From IMG/VR virus record IMGVR_UViG_3300032331_003609, positions 180,851-244,850 of that record: a DNA stretch of 64,000 nucleotides; one strand, written 5' to 3'. Every line of letters begins with the position of its first letter. Position 1 is the first letter of the stretch. A program made the position numbers and the translations under genes. Of the stretch, positions 8,344-18,300 are shown piece by piece. The notes beneath the pieces were generated by a model that had not been told where the DNA came from, ran no database searches, and was given only the letters and a program-made list of their open reading frames with translations.

Positions 8344-10212
8344 GTGGGATTAGGAGATTCTGTATCAAACATTAGGGGTGAGGCACTCATAAAAGCCACA
8401 TCAATAACTAATATTATTTCTAGTACAGGGAGTTTTAAGGAGAGTGTTGCAGATAGATCCGAGGCTGTTAAGAAGAACATTTATAGCTTCAATTCCGATA
8501 AAGAATACGGTGTTTTTGAAAATCAGAGCGATGCAGTTACTAGATTGCCATCCTCTTTATTTTACGAAGCCCAGTCATCAGAAGATGGTAGATTAGGACT
8601 ATTCAATTATCATGTTATAGGAGACTTAAAATCTAGTGAAGGCGGTGGAGGAAAAATGAGCTATATTAAATCTGAAACGTATGCTAACAATCAGAGAGTA
8701 ACCCCAGAAGTAAGTAGAAACCCGACTGCTCAAGCCATAATTAAAACAACCACATCTAGCGGAGCTTATTTAAAACCAAATAGCCCGTACGTCTCACAGC
8801 CCTATAACGTGAAAGACTTCATTTTTTGCAAGCACTACGGAGTTATTCCTAATAATAGAATGATAACACTAAGAAGATTTCCAACGCCCGTAATGGACAA
8901 CCTAAGGGTGCCTACCAGTGCACCTAGAATTGAAGCAGCTCAAGATGGAGATACTATTAAAGGGAACTTTGTCCAAAACGGAGGCCTTAATAGTGAACAA
9001 ATGATAAAAGATGGTGCAGCTCTCCCTATTGCGCAGGCAGTTACATATTTCGGAGGGGACACCGGAAATAGTTTAGATTCAATACTAAATGTAGAAACTG
9101 GATTAAAATGGGAATCAAAGGGACAAAAGACCAAAATGTCAGCTGAAGGTAATGATAAAGGATTTTTATCAAGTACCTATGGAAAATACATTGAATCAAT
9201 AATAGGTGCTCAGGCGTTTGGTACAACTCAGAATATAAGTAATGGCATAGGTGTAGTAACGGATCCCGATAATAGAGAATTACAAATAAGAAGGCAACTG
9301 CTAGAAAAATTAACAACAGGGGATGGTCCCTTAAGTCAAAGAATATTCGTTGACGTTAACACAGTGAATAGCATGTATGTCAGAGGAGTTGGCTTTACTG
9401 GGGGAGAACAAACATTTAATTTAAAATTTACTTACAGTTTAACCAGTGTTGGAGAGGTAAACAGTAGAATGATGTTTATTGACCTTTTTGCTAACTTATT
9501 AGCAATAGGTAGTGACTATGGAAAATTTCTAGCTCCCCAACTTTTAGTTAATTCAAACAGGCAAGGAATAGGATTTCCGGGAGGATCAAAAGGATATGTT
9601 AAACACTTAACAAATCCTGTTGAGTTTTTAAATGATATGATGAAGATGAAATTCGGGGAGGAAGTGAAAAAGAAAATAAAGGGGTTAGAGGGAACTCTTG
9701 CAAAAGCACAGACTGAACTTTCTGGCTTAAGTAACGGTAAACCGCTATCTAAAAATGGCCAATTATATAAAACACTTACTGTTATGCTAACCAGTGATCT
9801 GCTTAATAATTTATATTATGAGCCTATTATGCTTTCTGGATATCCAACAGGCGAATGGCATATTGTTGTAGGTAATCCTTTAAATCCTATTGCAATGATG
9901 GGAAATTTAATCTGTGAAAAAGTTAAGATTAATTTCAATAACACATTAGGCCCTGATGATTTTCCAACAGAGATGACCGCATCCTTTTCAATGAAAGCTG
10001 CAAGAACAAAACACAGAGGAGACTTTGAAAGCATGTTTAATAGAGGTAATGGTAGACTTTATCTTGGTAAATTCCCGATTTCGGATGCCTCTAAAAATGC
10101 ACAGGTTGGTGCAGCAACAGGATCTGACATTCAAGGAAATTTAGGAACTAATAATGCTAGAGATGCGGCACTGGGCCAAGCAGGAAACTTCGGGGCGCTA
10201 TTAGGATTATAA
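8344..10212 (+). CDS. Putative baseplate/tail-tube-initiator-type structural protein
   Basis: First gene of the baseplate module. FNLKFTYSL and GNLICEKVKINFNNTLGPDDFPTEMTASFSMK resemble tube-fold proteins (gp48/gp54 class). The assignment is tentative. Confidence 0.45.
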   Translation: MGLGDSVSNIRGEALIKATSITNIISSTGSFKESVADRSEAVKKNIYSFNSDKEYGVFENQSDAVTRLPSSLFYEAQSSEDGRLGLFNYHVIGDLKSSEGGGGKMSYIKSETYANNQRVTPEVSRNPTAQAIIKTTTSSGAYLKPNSPYVSQPYNVKDFIFCKHYGVIPNNRMITLRRFPTPVMDNLRVPTSAPRIEAAQDGDTIKGNFVQNGGLNSEQMIKDGAALPIAQAVTYFGGDTGNSLDSILNVETGLKWESKGQKTKMSAEGNDKGFLSSTYGKYIESIIGAQAFGTTQNISNGIGVVTDPDNRELQIRRQLLEKLTTGDGPLSQRIFVDVNTVNSMYVRGVGFTGGEQTFNLKFTYSLTSVGEVNSRMMFIDLFANLLAIGSDYGKFLAPQLLVNSNRQGIGFPGGSKGYVKHLTNPVEFLNDMMKMKFGEEVKKKIKGLEGTLAKAQTELSGLSNGKPLSKNGQLYKTLTVMLTSDLLNNLYYEPIMLSGYPTGEWHIVVGNPLNPIAMMGNLICEKVKINFNNTLGPDDFPTEMTASFSMKAARTKHRGDFESMFNRGNGRLYLGKFPISDASKNAQVGAATGSDIQGNLGTNNARDAALGQAGNFGALLGL

Positions 10213-10221
10213 AAATAGAAT

Positions 10222-10818
10222 ATGATTGATATAGACATCTTAGAAAATAAACCAGAAGTTATAATTAATGGCCAGACTATTATGGACATAACTGCTAGAT
10301 CTATAGACCCCGACGTTGTTCCTGGTTTTTCCAAATTTATTTTTACCAACGAAGAGATGGTAATGAGACCAGACCTTGCTGCACATATGCTTTGTGGAAG
10401 TCATAATAGAATGGGAACTTTATTAAAACTAAACTCAATAGGAAATCCATTCTCTTTAAATTCTAATGAATTCTTATTTGTTCCAGATACTGAGACCATT
10501 AATAAATTAGGTAGAAGACCTCAGGCAGAAGAACCTCAAGACATTAGAAAATCTTTCAGAAAACAATTACAAGATAGAATATCTAAAGTATCTGAAACAA
10601 GAAAAGAATATCTAAATGCAGTTAATATAAGTGAGGCTGCAACCCAATTTCCTCTTCCTCCTAATGTTACCCAAGACGGAGCTGAGCAATTCAGAGTTGA
10701 AGATGGTAAATTGATATTTGGATCCGATATAGGTGTATGTAGAACCAGAATTCAACAGAATAAATCACTAGCAACAATTAAATCAAGATTTGCTCAGAGA
10801 CAAATTTTTGAATCATGA
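10222..10818 (+). CDS. gp53: Baseplate wedge protein, T4 gp53-like (LysM-like)
   Basis: MRPDLAAHMLCGSHNRMGTLLKLNSIGNPFSLNSNEFLFVPD fits the gp53/LysM-like pattern, and it precedes the hub gene. Confidence 0.7.
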   Translation: MIDIDILENKPEVIINGQTIMDITARSIDPDVVPGFSKFIFTNEEMVMRPDLAAHMLCGSHNRMGTLLKLNSIGNPFSLNSNEFLFVPDTETINKLGRRPQAEEPQDIRKSFRKQLQDRISKVSETRKEYLNAVNISEAATQFPLPPNVTQDGAEQFRVEDGKLIFGSDIGVCRTRIQQNKSLATIKSRFAQRQIFES

Positions 10819-12338
10819 TAGACAGCAAAAAAACAATTCTTCAGCTAGATAAAGAGACAATAGTTCTTGACGAGCTTTCTATTATAGATGAGATTAATCA
10901 TAAGGATAAGCAGAAGGTAGAAAGAGTAGGAAGTAAAACCGAAACCGAAACAGGATTTGGAATTCCTATGATTATGATCAATAATTATCTTGTTAGGGAT
11001 CTTAGTTTTTTTAGACTGGATTTAACAGACAAAATCCCCCAATTAATATTCAGATTTACGCCTCAGGATGAATCATTCTTATATACTTCGTATCCAAAAG
11101 ATGGGGATTTAGTTTCTTTGTATATTAGATCTACTTCAGAACTTTACAAGCCTATTAGAATTGATTTATTAGTCACGGAGGTTTTAAGTCAATTCACAAT
11201 GCTTGAAGAAAAACACATGGGTGAAGAGAATAGAGCTAATGGAAAAAATGCTTCCTTTACTATTAAATCCCAGATGAGAATACCTGGAATATTTCAGCAC
11301 GTATCAAAATCTTTCAAGGATAAGACAGCATTTGAAGTATTAAGACAGATTGCAAAGGACCTAGGTCTAGGGTTTGCTTCAAACGAAAAAAACACAGACG
11401 ACAAGATGAATTGGCTTTGTCCTTCTAAAACACTTTATAAATTTATAAATGATGTCTGTGAATCATCATGGAAAGGTGAAGAAGATTTTTTTGATTGGTG
11501 GATTGATCAGTACTATGTTTTAAATTTCGTTAATTTAAAAAAACAATTACTTGAAAAAAGCAAGGATGATACGAGAGTCCTGCAGGCAATAGGAACAGAG
11601 AACGATCTATCAAGTGGTTTAGATGGAAATGTTAAACCTGCTGAAGTAAAACTTCCCCTATTTTTCACCAACGATTTTTTTTATAAAAAATACCCATTTT
11701 TCATAAATGCATATTCTGTTAAAAATTCATCAGGATTTATAGCAAATAATTTTGGATATTCTAGAGATCTTCAATTTTACGATACTAAATTAGTTAGTGA
11801 TAAACCCCTTAATAAATTTGTAAAGTATAAGGTTGAATATGTGACTCAGAAAAACCTAGATTATAGTAGCATATTATTTAAGGGCAGGGTAAACGAAGAC
11901 GTTTACAAAAAAGAGACTAAAAAAACATGGGTTGGAACACAATATGGTGAAAATCAGCATAAAAATCTTCAACAAGCATTAATTCAGAACAAATTAAATA
12001 AGTATGAAAACTTTAAGGTTTATCTCGAAGCTCAGATGCATTCTTTTGTTCCCTGGGTCTATAGGGGTCAAACAGTTCCTACAAGAATAGTTCATGCAGG
12101 GTCAACCCAAGCTAGAGTAAATTCACAGGAGAGTAGTAAACAACCTCCTATAGATAGCGAACAGCACGAGATAGGCAAAAAAGTAGACAATAAGTTTTTA
12201 AGCGGAGTTTATATGATCATGGGATCCTATGTTGAGTATATAGATGGTAAAATCAAGCAATCATTCCTGCTTGGAAAAAGAGAATGGTTAATTAATGATG
12301 GTAGAGGATCGGATCCTGAACCAGCAGTAACTAAATAA
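10815..12338 (+). CDS. Baseplate hub protein (gp27/GpD-like)
   Basis: KSFKDKTAFEVLRQIAKDLGLGF...MNWLCP, FFDWWIDQYYVLNF and the C-terminal FLSGVYMIMG...YIDG. Synteny gp53-hub-spike supports the call. Confidence 0.65.
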   Translation: MIDSKKTILQLDKETIVLDELSIIDEINHKDKQKVERVGSKTETETGFGIPMIMINNYLVRDLSFFRLDLTDKIPQLIFRFTPQDESFLYTSYPKDGDLVSLYIRSTSELYKPIRIDLLVTEVLSQFTMLEEKHMGEENRANGKNASFTIKSQMRIPGIFQHVSKSFKDKTAFEVLRQIAKDLGLGFASNEKNTDDKMNWLCPSKTLYKFINDVCESSWKGEEDFFDWWIDQYYVLNFVNLKKQLLEKSKDDTRVLQAIGTENDLSSGLDGNVKPAEVKLPLFFTNDFFYKKYPFFINAYSVKNSSGFIANNFGYSRDLQFYDTKLVSDKPLNKFVKYKVEYVTQKNLDYSSILFKGRVNEDVYKKETKKTWVGTQYGENQHKNLQQALIQNKLNKYENFKVYLEAQMHSFVPWVYRGQTVPTRIVHAGSTQARVNSQESSKQPPIDSEQHEIGKKVDNKFLSGVYMIMGSYVEYIDGKIKQSFLLGKREWLINDGRGSDPEPAVTK

Positions 12339-12341
12339 GAG

Positions 12342-14534
12342 ATGGCAAATTTTTTAAACGAGCTTAAAGACAATTTTAGCAGTATAACTGATCCAAATCA
12401 GATATTGAATAAAGGTGTGGATAAGCAAAGAACCGCTTTTTTAAAAGGATTAAAATCTACTTCATCGGGGCAAAAAGAAGACCCAACTTACACCGGTTTT
12501 AGAATTATGTTTGATTTTGGATATGGCGGTCTAGTTGATCCTTCAACGTTTCTTCCTATCAGCCCTTTACTTTCAAAAGGAAAATTCAATGACGGGAAAA
12601 CTATGAAGAATGACGGTGCTACAGATTTCTTTCACCTTTCCAGACAAAAAATGAATATAGGAGAATATCCTAACTACACAGAAGCAATGCATTATATGAC
12701 TGCTGAAGGATTTCTAAGGGAAAGAAGAAGCGCCAGTGAAAATGGAGAAAACGGGGGAAGTGTAGATAATACAGGAAAGATAATAACTGGAGGGGATTTC
12801 GATAGATTTCAATCTGGTATTTCTCATAGAGCTGCTGCACTATCATCTTTTAGAAATTTACTTTCTAGTATAAATGAAAAAAGCCCATGGTTTATTCAAT
12901 CTATTGCAGGTTTAGATAAAGTTCTTGGGGTAGATCAGCAGAGACAAATTGAGGGAGCAAAAGGTAGAGAACAAAGATCCGGTGTTTTGACTTTTGAGTG
13001 TATTGATTCAATAGATCTTAGAATTAATGCAATGGCTGAGTTATACAGAAAAGCAACATATGATTATCAATATCATAGGCAGCTTATTCCTGATAACCTT
13101 CGCAAGTTTAGAATGTATATAATTGTTACAGAGATAAGACAGATTGACCTCCAAAAGAATCTAGCTGATGTTCTAAACCCTTTTAATTTTCCGGGAGTTA
13201 GAAATGCAGTTGATTCTATTAGAGACATTGCACAATCTGCCGGTATATTAAAAACAACTTCTCCGGAATCAACAAACGCTAAAACAGATCTTGAATCCTT
13301 TGTAAAATCATTTGAAAGAATGGAGCCTTACATTTTGATTTATCAATTAGATTTATGTGAGTTCAATTTTGATCAATCATATCCCTTTACAACACTAAAC
13401 AATTCAGTTGGCCCAGGGGCAGCAGCTGTTAAAAATACCTTTAAGGTACACGTTGGAGCAGCAAAAGAATATAAGCTTCAATATAATATTCTTTCGGATC
13501 TTATAAAAAATGAATCTACATTTTCACCTATATTGATTCAGGATAGTTGGAATTTAGTAGGATCTCATATGTTACAATCGGGAGGAGGAATTAACAATAA
13601 CTTAAATGTATTCAAAAAGCTAGCAAGCAATTTTATTACAAACTCTGTTGCTTCCGTTGTCCAACAACAGGTATCACCGATAGTTACTAAACAGTTACTA
13701 GGAAATGCCTATGGGTTTAGATTAAGCGATGCTGTTAGATCCTTAAATTCTGTTCAGGATCTTGTTAGTGGTATTAAAGAAATGAAAGATCCACTTGGAG
13801 ATTATAGGCCTCAATCAAGAGGACTAGGAGGTCCTAATGAAAGACAATATCCAACAGTAAAGGACGATGTTTACCCAAATAATAATCCTAATAATTCTAT
13901 AGGATCTGCACAAGGAAATGTTTTTCCGAAGCCGGTATCACCCGGAATTTCAGGATCAACAGCCTCTGATGATGTTTATTTAAATAGTCCTGGAAAAGAT
14001 CTTGGATTACCTTCTAGGGTTTATCCAAATGTAAAAGATGATGAATACAGACATGTTGGAGGGGATACTGATAATAACGATCTTGGTGTTCCTGATAGGA
14101 TATACCCTACCATAAAAGAAGATGTCTATTCTAAAACACCAGGCGAAGATTTAGGATTACCTAAAAGAATCTATAATACGACTAAAGATGATCTATATTC
14201 TCAGTCACCAGGAAATGATCTTGGTGTTCCTGATAGAAAATACACATCCATTAAAGATGATGTATATCCAAATAACGACATCAAATATACATCTATAGAA
14301 GAAAAAGTTTACGCGCCAGATCAAAAAATAGCTGAAGATCTAAAGGATGATGTTTATCCAAATACCGGAATAGAATATGGTGCTATTAAAGAAACGGTAT
14401 ATTCTATTGGTCAAACAAATCCAGAAAATCTTTCCAATCAAGACATCTATAAAGAAAGCCCAGGGAAAGACCTTGGATTACCAAAAAGATCATATCCTGC
14501 TATTAAAGATAATGCCTATAAAAAGAGATCTTAA
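12342..14534 (+). CDS. Putative tube-fold baseplate protein with C-terminal ~23-aa repeats
   Basis: The N-terminal half (PWFIQSIAGLD, LTFECIDSIDLRI, FRMYIIVTEIR) resembles tail-tube-type folds. The C-terminus is repetitive. Confidence 0.55.
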   Translation: MANFLNELKDNFSSITDPNQILNKGVDKQRTAFLKGLKSTSSGQKEDPTYTGFRIMFDFGYGGLVDPSTFLPISPLLSKGKFNDGKTMKNDGATDFFHLSRQKMNIGEYPNYTEAMHYMTAEGFLRERRSASENGENGGSVDNTGKIITGGDFDRFQSGISHRAAALSSFRNLLSSINEKSPWFIQSIAGLDKVLGVDQQRQIEGAKGREQRSGVLTFECIDSIDLRINAMAELYRKATYDYQYHRQLIPDNLRKFRMYIIVTEIRQIDLQKNLADVLNPFNFPGVRNAVDSIRDIAQSAGILKTTSPESTNAKTDLESFVKSFERMEPYILIYQLDLCEFNFDQSYPFTTLNNSVGPGAAAVKNTFKVHVGAAKEYKLQYNILSDLIKNESTFSPILIQDSWNLVGSHMLQSGGGINNNLNVFKKLASNFITNSVASVVQQQVSPIVTKQLLGNAYGFRLSDAVRSLNSVQDLVSGIKEMKDPLGDYRPQSRGLGGPNERQYPTVKDDVYPNNNPNNSIGSAQGNVFPKPVSPGISGSTASDDVYLNSPGKDLGLPSRVYPNVKDDEYRHVGGDTDNNDLGVPDRIYPTIKEDVYSKTPGEDLGLPKRIYNTTKDDLYSQSPGNDLGVPDRKYTSIKDDVYPNNDIKYTSIEEKVYAPDQKIAEDLKDDVYPNTGIEYGAIKETVYSIGQTNPENLSNQDIYKESPGKDLGLPKRSYPAIKDNAYKKRS
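13821..14520 (+). repeat. Intragenic repeat DLGxPxRxYxxxK(D/E)DxY, about 6 copies plus partials
   Basis: Visible in the translation. gatcttggtgttcctgatag occurs twice exactly. Confidence 0.85.
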
Positions 14535-14541
14535 AAACAAG

Positions 14542-14550
14542 GATAGATAA
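14542..14550 (+). promoter_or_regulatory. Putative late promoter variant GATAGATAA
   Basis: One mismatch to GATATATAA; 17 nt upstream of the spike gene. Confidence 0.5.
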
Positions 14551-14567
14551 GAGAAAATCCTGTTTGT

Positions 14568-15350
14568 ATGTCTTTACAAAATAATTTACAAGAATCTAAT
14601 ATAGAAAGGGCTCAGCACTTTCTGGGTGTTGTTGTGGATAACAAAGATCCAGAATTCAGAGCAAGATGTAAGGTTAGGGTTTTTGGTATTTTTGACGATG
14701 TTAAGGACGAGGATTTACCCTGGGCTTTTCAAAGATTTGATATTTCGTTTGGTGACGGCGGAGGATCGGGGAGAGTTAGTATACCAAAGCTTGGTTGTAT
14801 AGTCCATGTTCAATTCAATAACGGAAATTATTATTCACCCGAATACAAAGCAGTACAGGAACTTTCTAAAGATTTAATAACAGAAATAAGCGCATCCTAT
14901 GAAGGTGCGCATTCTTTAATATACGACGGAATAGAAAAACTAAAAATCTATTACACTGTTGCGAAAGGATTGGTTATAGATTTAAAAGAATCAACAGTTG
15001 TCATATCCAATGACAATTCTATAACAATAACACACGCAGGACAAACATCAACCCTTGAATTTAGAGGAGGAAAAATAACTGAATTTGCTAATTCTGAAAT
15101 TGAAAGTACTGCTACAACTAGAATTAAACAAAGTAGCAACGAAGTATGGGTAGATGGAAAAACAACGAAACTAGGACATGCTCCGGTATACTCTGCAATT
15201 CTTGCAGAACCCCTGTGGATGTTTTTAAAACAACTTGCAGCTGCAGTAGATGCTAAACTACCATCAACCCCAGGTACAATGACAAGTCTAGCTGAAAGCT
15301 ATGAACAACTTTCAACTTCTGATGTGGTTAAAGTAACAAAGTCTAATTAA
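14568..15350 (+). CDS. gp5: Baseplate central spike, gp5/gpV-like OB-fold (no lysozyme domain)
   Basis: FLGVVVDNKDPEFRARCKVRVFGIFDDVKDEDLPWA and SIPKLGCIVHVQF form the OB-fold, followed by beta-helix-like repeats. Confidence 0.85.
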   Translation: MSLQNNLQESNIERAQHFLGVVVDNKDPEFRARCKVRVFGIFDDVKDEDLPWAFQRFDISFGDGGGSGRVSIPKLGCIVHVQFNNGNYYSPEYKAVQELSKDLITEISASYEGAHSLIYDGIEKLKIYYTVAKGLVIDLKESTVVISNDNSITITHAGQTSTLEFRGGKITEFANSEIESTATTRIKQSSNEVWVDGKTTKLGHAPVYSAILAEPLWMFLKQLAAAVDAKLPSTPGTMTSLAESYEQLSTSDVVKVTKSN

Positions 15351-15355
15351 GATAA

Positions 15356-18300
15356 ATGGATTTTAATTTTAATAAACTTCAAGATATAAGTGATAGAATC
15401 TCCAGCGGGGAGCTTAAACCTGAGGATGTTCTGAGTGAATTTGGTGGATTTACCGATGACCTTCCTAGTGATGAGGAAATAATTAGCAATGCCGAGGAGC
15501 TTGAAAAATCAATAGATCCTGTTCCTATGATATTAACAGACGACGAGATTAATGATCTTATCTGTGCATATGAAGGAGAGGAGCTTGCTAATAGAATTTT
15601 TTGGGAGATATTAAGAAAGCAAAACTATTTAGACAGAATAACAGAAAGACCTGATTTTTTAAGAAATAGATATTTTGATAAATTCATGGATGATAACGAT
15701 TTATCTGATAGACTATTAAGTGCTAAAGAAATGGTATCTGACAGTTTAGATCTTGATTTACTTGGAATAAAATTTACAGGATCTAATAAAAAAATTAGGA
15801 AATTTAAAATAGGTCCGTTTGGATTTGAAATACATGTTATAACACACAAGGGAGTTCCCCTGTTTTTTCACGTTGCTCCAAAAAAAATGTCTATTCAATT
15901 TATAAGGGATCAGCTAAAAAAGAAAGGTAAAAAAGGAAAAGCAAAGAAATGCTCGGATGATATTTATAACAAATATGGATCTGGCGCAGGGCCAGCAACT
16001 TCTAACAATGGAGACTTTGGTGCAGGAACAGGATCGGAAGCTGGTTCAGATTCAGGATTTGGGGCTAATAATATAGATCCCGAAAATCTTGTATCTCTTC
16101 TAGATAATATTTTAGAGAGGGAATCTTCGGAAAGAAATTCAAATAATGCTTTTGATGTATCTGATATAGTAGATCAGGTTTTTTGTGAGCCCGATTTTCC
16201 TATTAATCCTGAAACAGGGGAACCCTTATTTACAAAGGATGATTTAAAATCTTTCATAGAAGAAATTTGTCTTCCAGAGAACGAATCTGCAATACCGGAG
16301 GTCTTACCAGAAGGCGGAATTGAGGACGTCGGCGAAAAAATAAACAAATGTCTTAGCCAAGCTAAAGATATTTTTAAAGATATAAGAGAAAATAACGAGC
16401 TTAGATCTAGATACGAAAAGGCAGAAAAAGATCTGGAAGAAATTCTTTATCACTATAAAATAATTAAAAATTATTATAACGGTCTTTCTAAAGCATTTGA
16501 GGCAAAAGCAAAATCTGGGAAGAAAGGAAATCCATTAAAGCTAATTCTTGGTTTAGTTCTAGCAACGTCGGATGCTAATAAATTCCTAGACGAGGTTAAG
16601 AATTTTTCTGGTAGATTTAAAGATACTAAAAAACAATCAACACCTGGTAAAAAAGGATATGTTGGTATTAAATTTAATCTGTCTTTTCCCCACGGACTTA
16701 AAAAAGAAATACCCTACGAAACAGTTAAACCTGAAGCTACTTCAGATCTTTTATCAACTAATTATGAAAGGGTAGATATCACACAATTACAGTTAGGGAT
16801 GGAATTTTCAAGTAAAGGTATCTTAGGATCAGGTAATTCGTCCTTTCTTAAATCATACGAGGACTTTATTATTTTTAAAGACGATAATCCTAAACTTGAC
16901 GTTCCTTTTTATAACTTTATTCAGGATATAGAAGGATCTAATAAATCTAAAGATGCTATTATAAAAGATATAGAAAAAAATCATGGATTTCTTTATTCTA
17001 CTCTTTTAGAGATATCTGCTAGTCCTTGGTTATTTTTTACCGAAGAAGAAAGAGGTGATAATAATGCAAGAAAATCTTCTGATATTAAACCTAAAAGTAC
17101 AAACAGCGAGGGAGAGCCTAATCAATCTTTTTATGATTTTTGGGGAAATTTTAAAAAATCTTTTGATGTTAAGTATACTGCTAGAAAGAAAATAGTTGAA
17201 GATAAAATAAAATCAATAAAAGTTTTATCCGACAAATTTGTTGATTCACTTGCTGATTATTATTTCACGGTAAACATGAGTTCAGCTTCGGATAACAGTA
17301 AGTTATTAAAAGATGTATCAGATAAAGCAGATAAAAATGTTGGGTATATTGAGGATCTTTTATTGATGATAGCTCAAAAAATTCAAGAATTGGACCAACA
17401 AAATTCTCCCGAAGTTTTACAAGCAAGAGCTGAATCAATAGATTGTTTTGGATCAGCGGACAATGGAAATGGAACAGGTGGATCAACATCCAGTGGTATT
17501 TCAGTAAATCTAGATGCAAACGGTGGTATAAAAAATTCTGGCGGAGATACAATAAAGGCAGCATGTCCTCCAGATTGCTGTGGATCACCGGGTCAAGCAT
17601 TCTCTGGAGGAAATATACTAGATGGATTAAACTCTCCAGATTGCCCTAATCTTTTTACTACATGCTATTGGAAAGAATTTGCAAAAAAAGCTACCACTGT
17701 TGGAATTCTTCCTTTACCGAATGGATTACCCCCAATAGAAAATCCCGCAGGATTTCTACCTAATATTGGATTAAAGTATTGGCCGGTGGGGTATCTTCCT
17801 CCATCTTTTATTCCATTGCCTCCTCCTTTAGTTAATCCTTTAGATGGAATGCCTTTTATAAGAATCCCAATGCCAATGATATGGACAGTGATTCCTCCTA
17901 TAGTTATACCTTTACCGATAGGGGTTATTGTAATATTCATTCCTTTCATTGGAGGATTTATGCCTAGCCCTTTAGTTTTCTTTCATGATTTTTTAACAGG
18001 AAATTCTATATTCCTTTTAGGAATTAGAGGGTTTAGATTTATTCCAAGAAAATCAGATCCCGTTATACCGGATCCTTTAGTTAGATTAAAACAATTTTTA
18101 TCCCTAGGAGTTCCTAATTATCTTTTTCCTTTTCCAAATTTAGGAAAAGATAATGTAGATGATCCTAAAAGAATAAAGAAAGATATACTAGCAAATCTTA
18201 AAAAAAGATTAGCAAATGCTAAGGTTAATATAGATTTTTCTAAAATACAAAAAGTACAAGACGATCTAGCAAAAAAGAAAAAAGATCTAGAAGATCAAAT

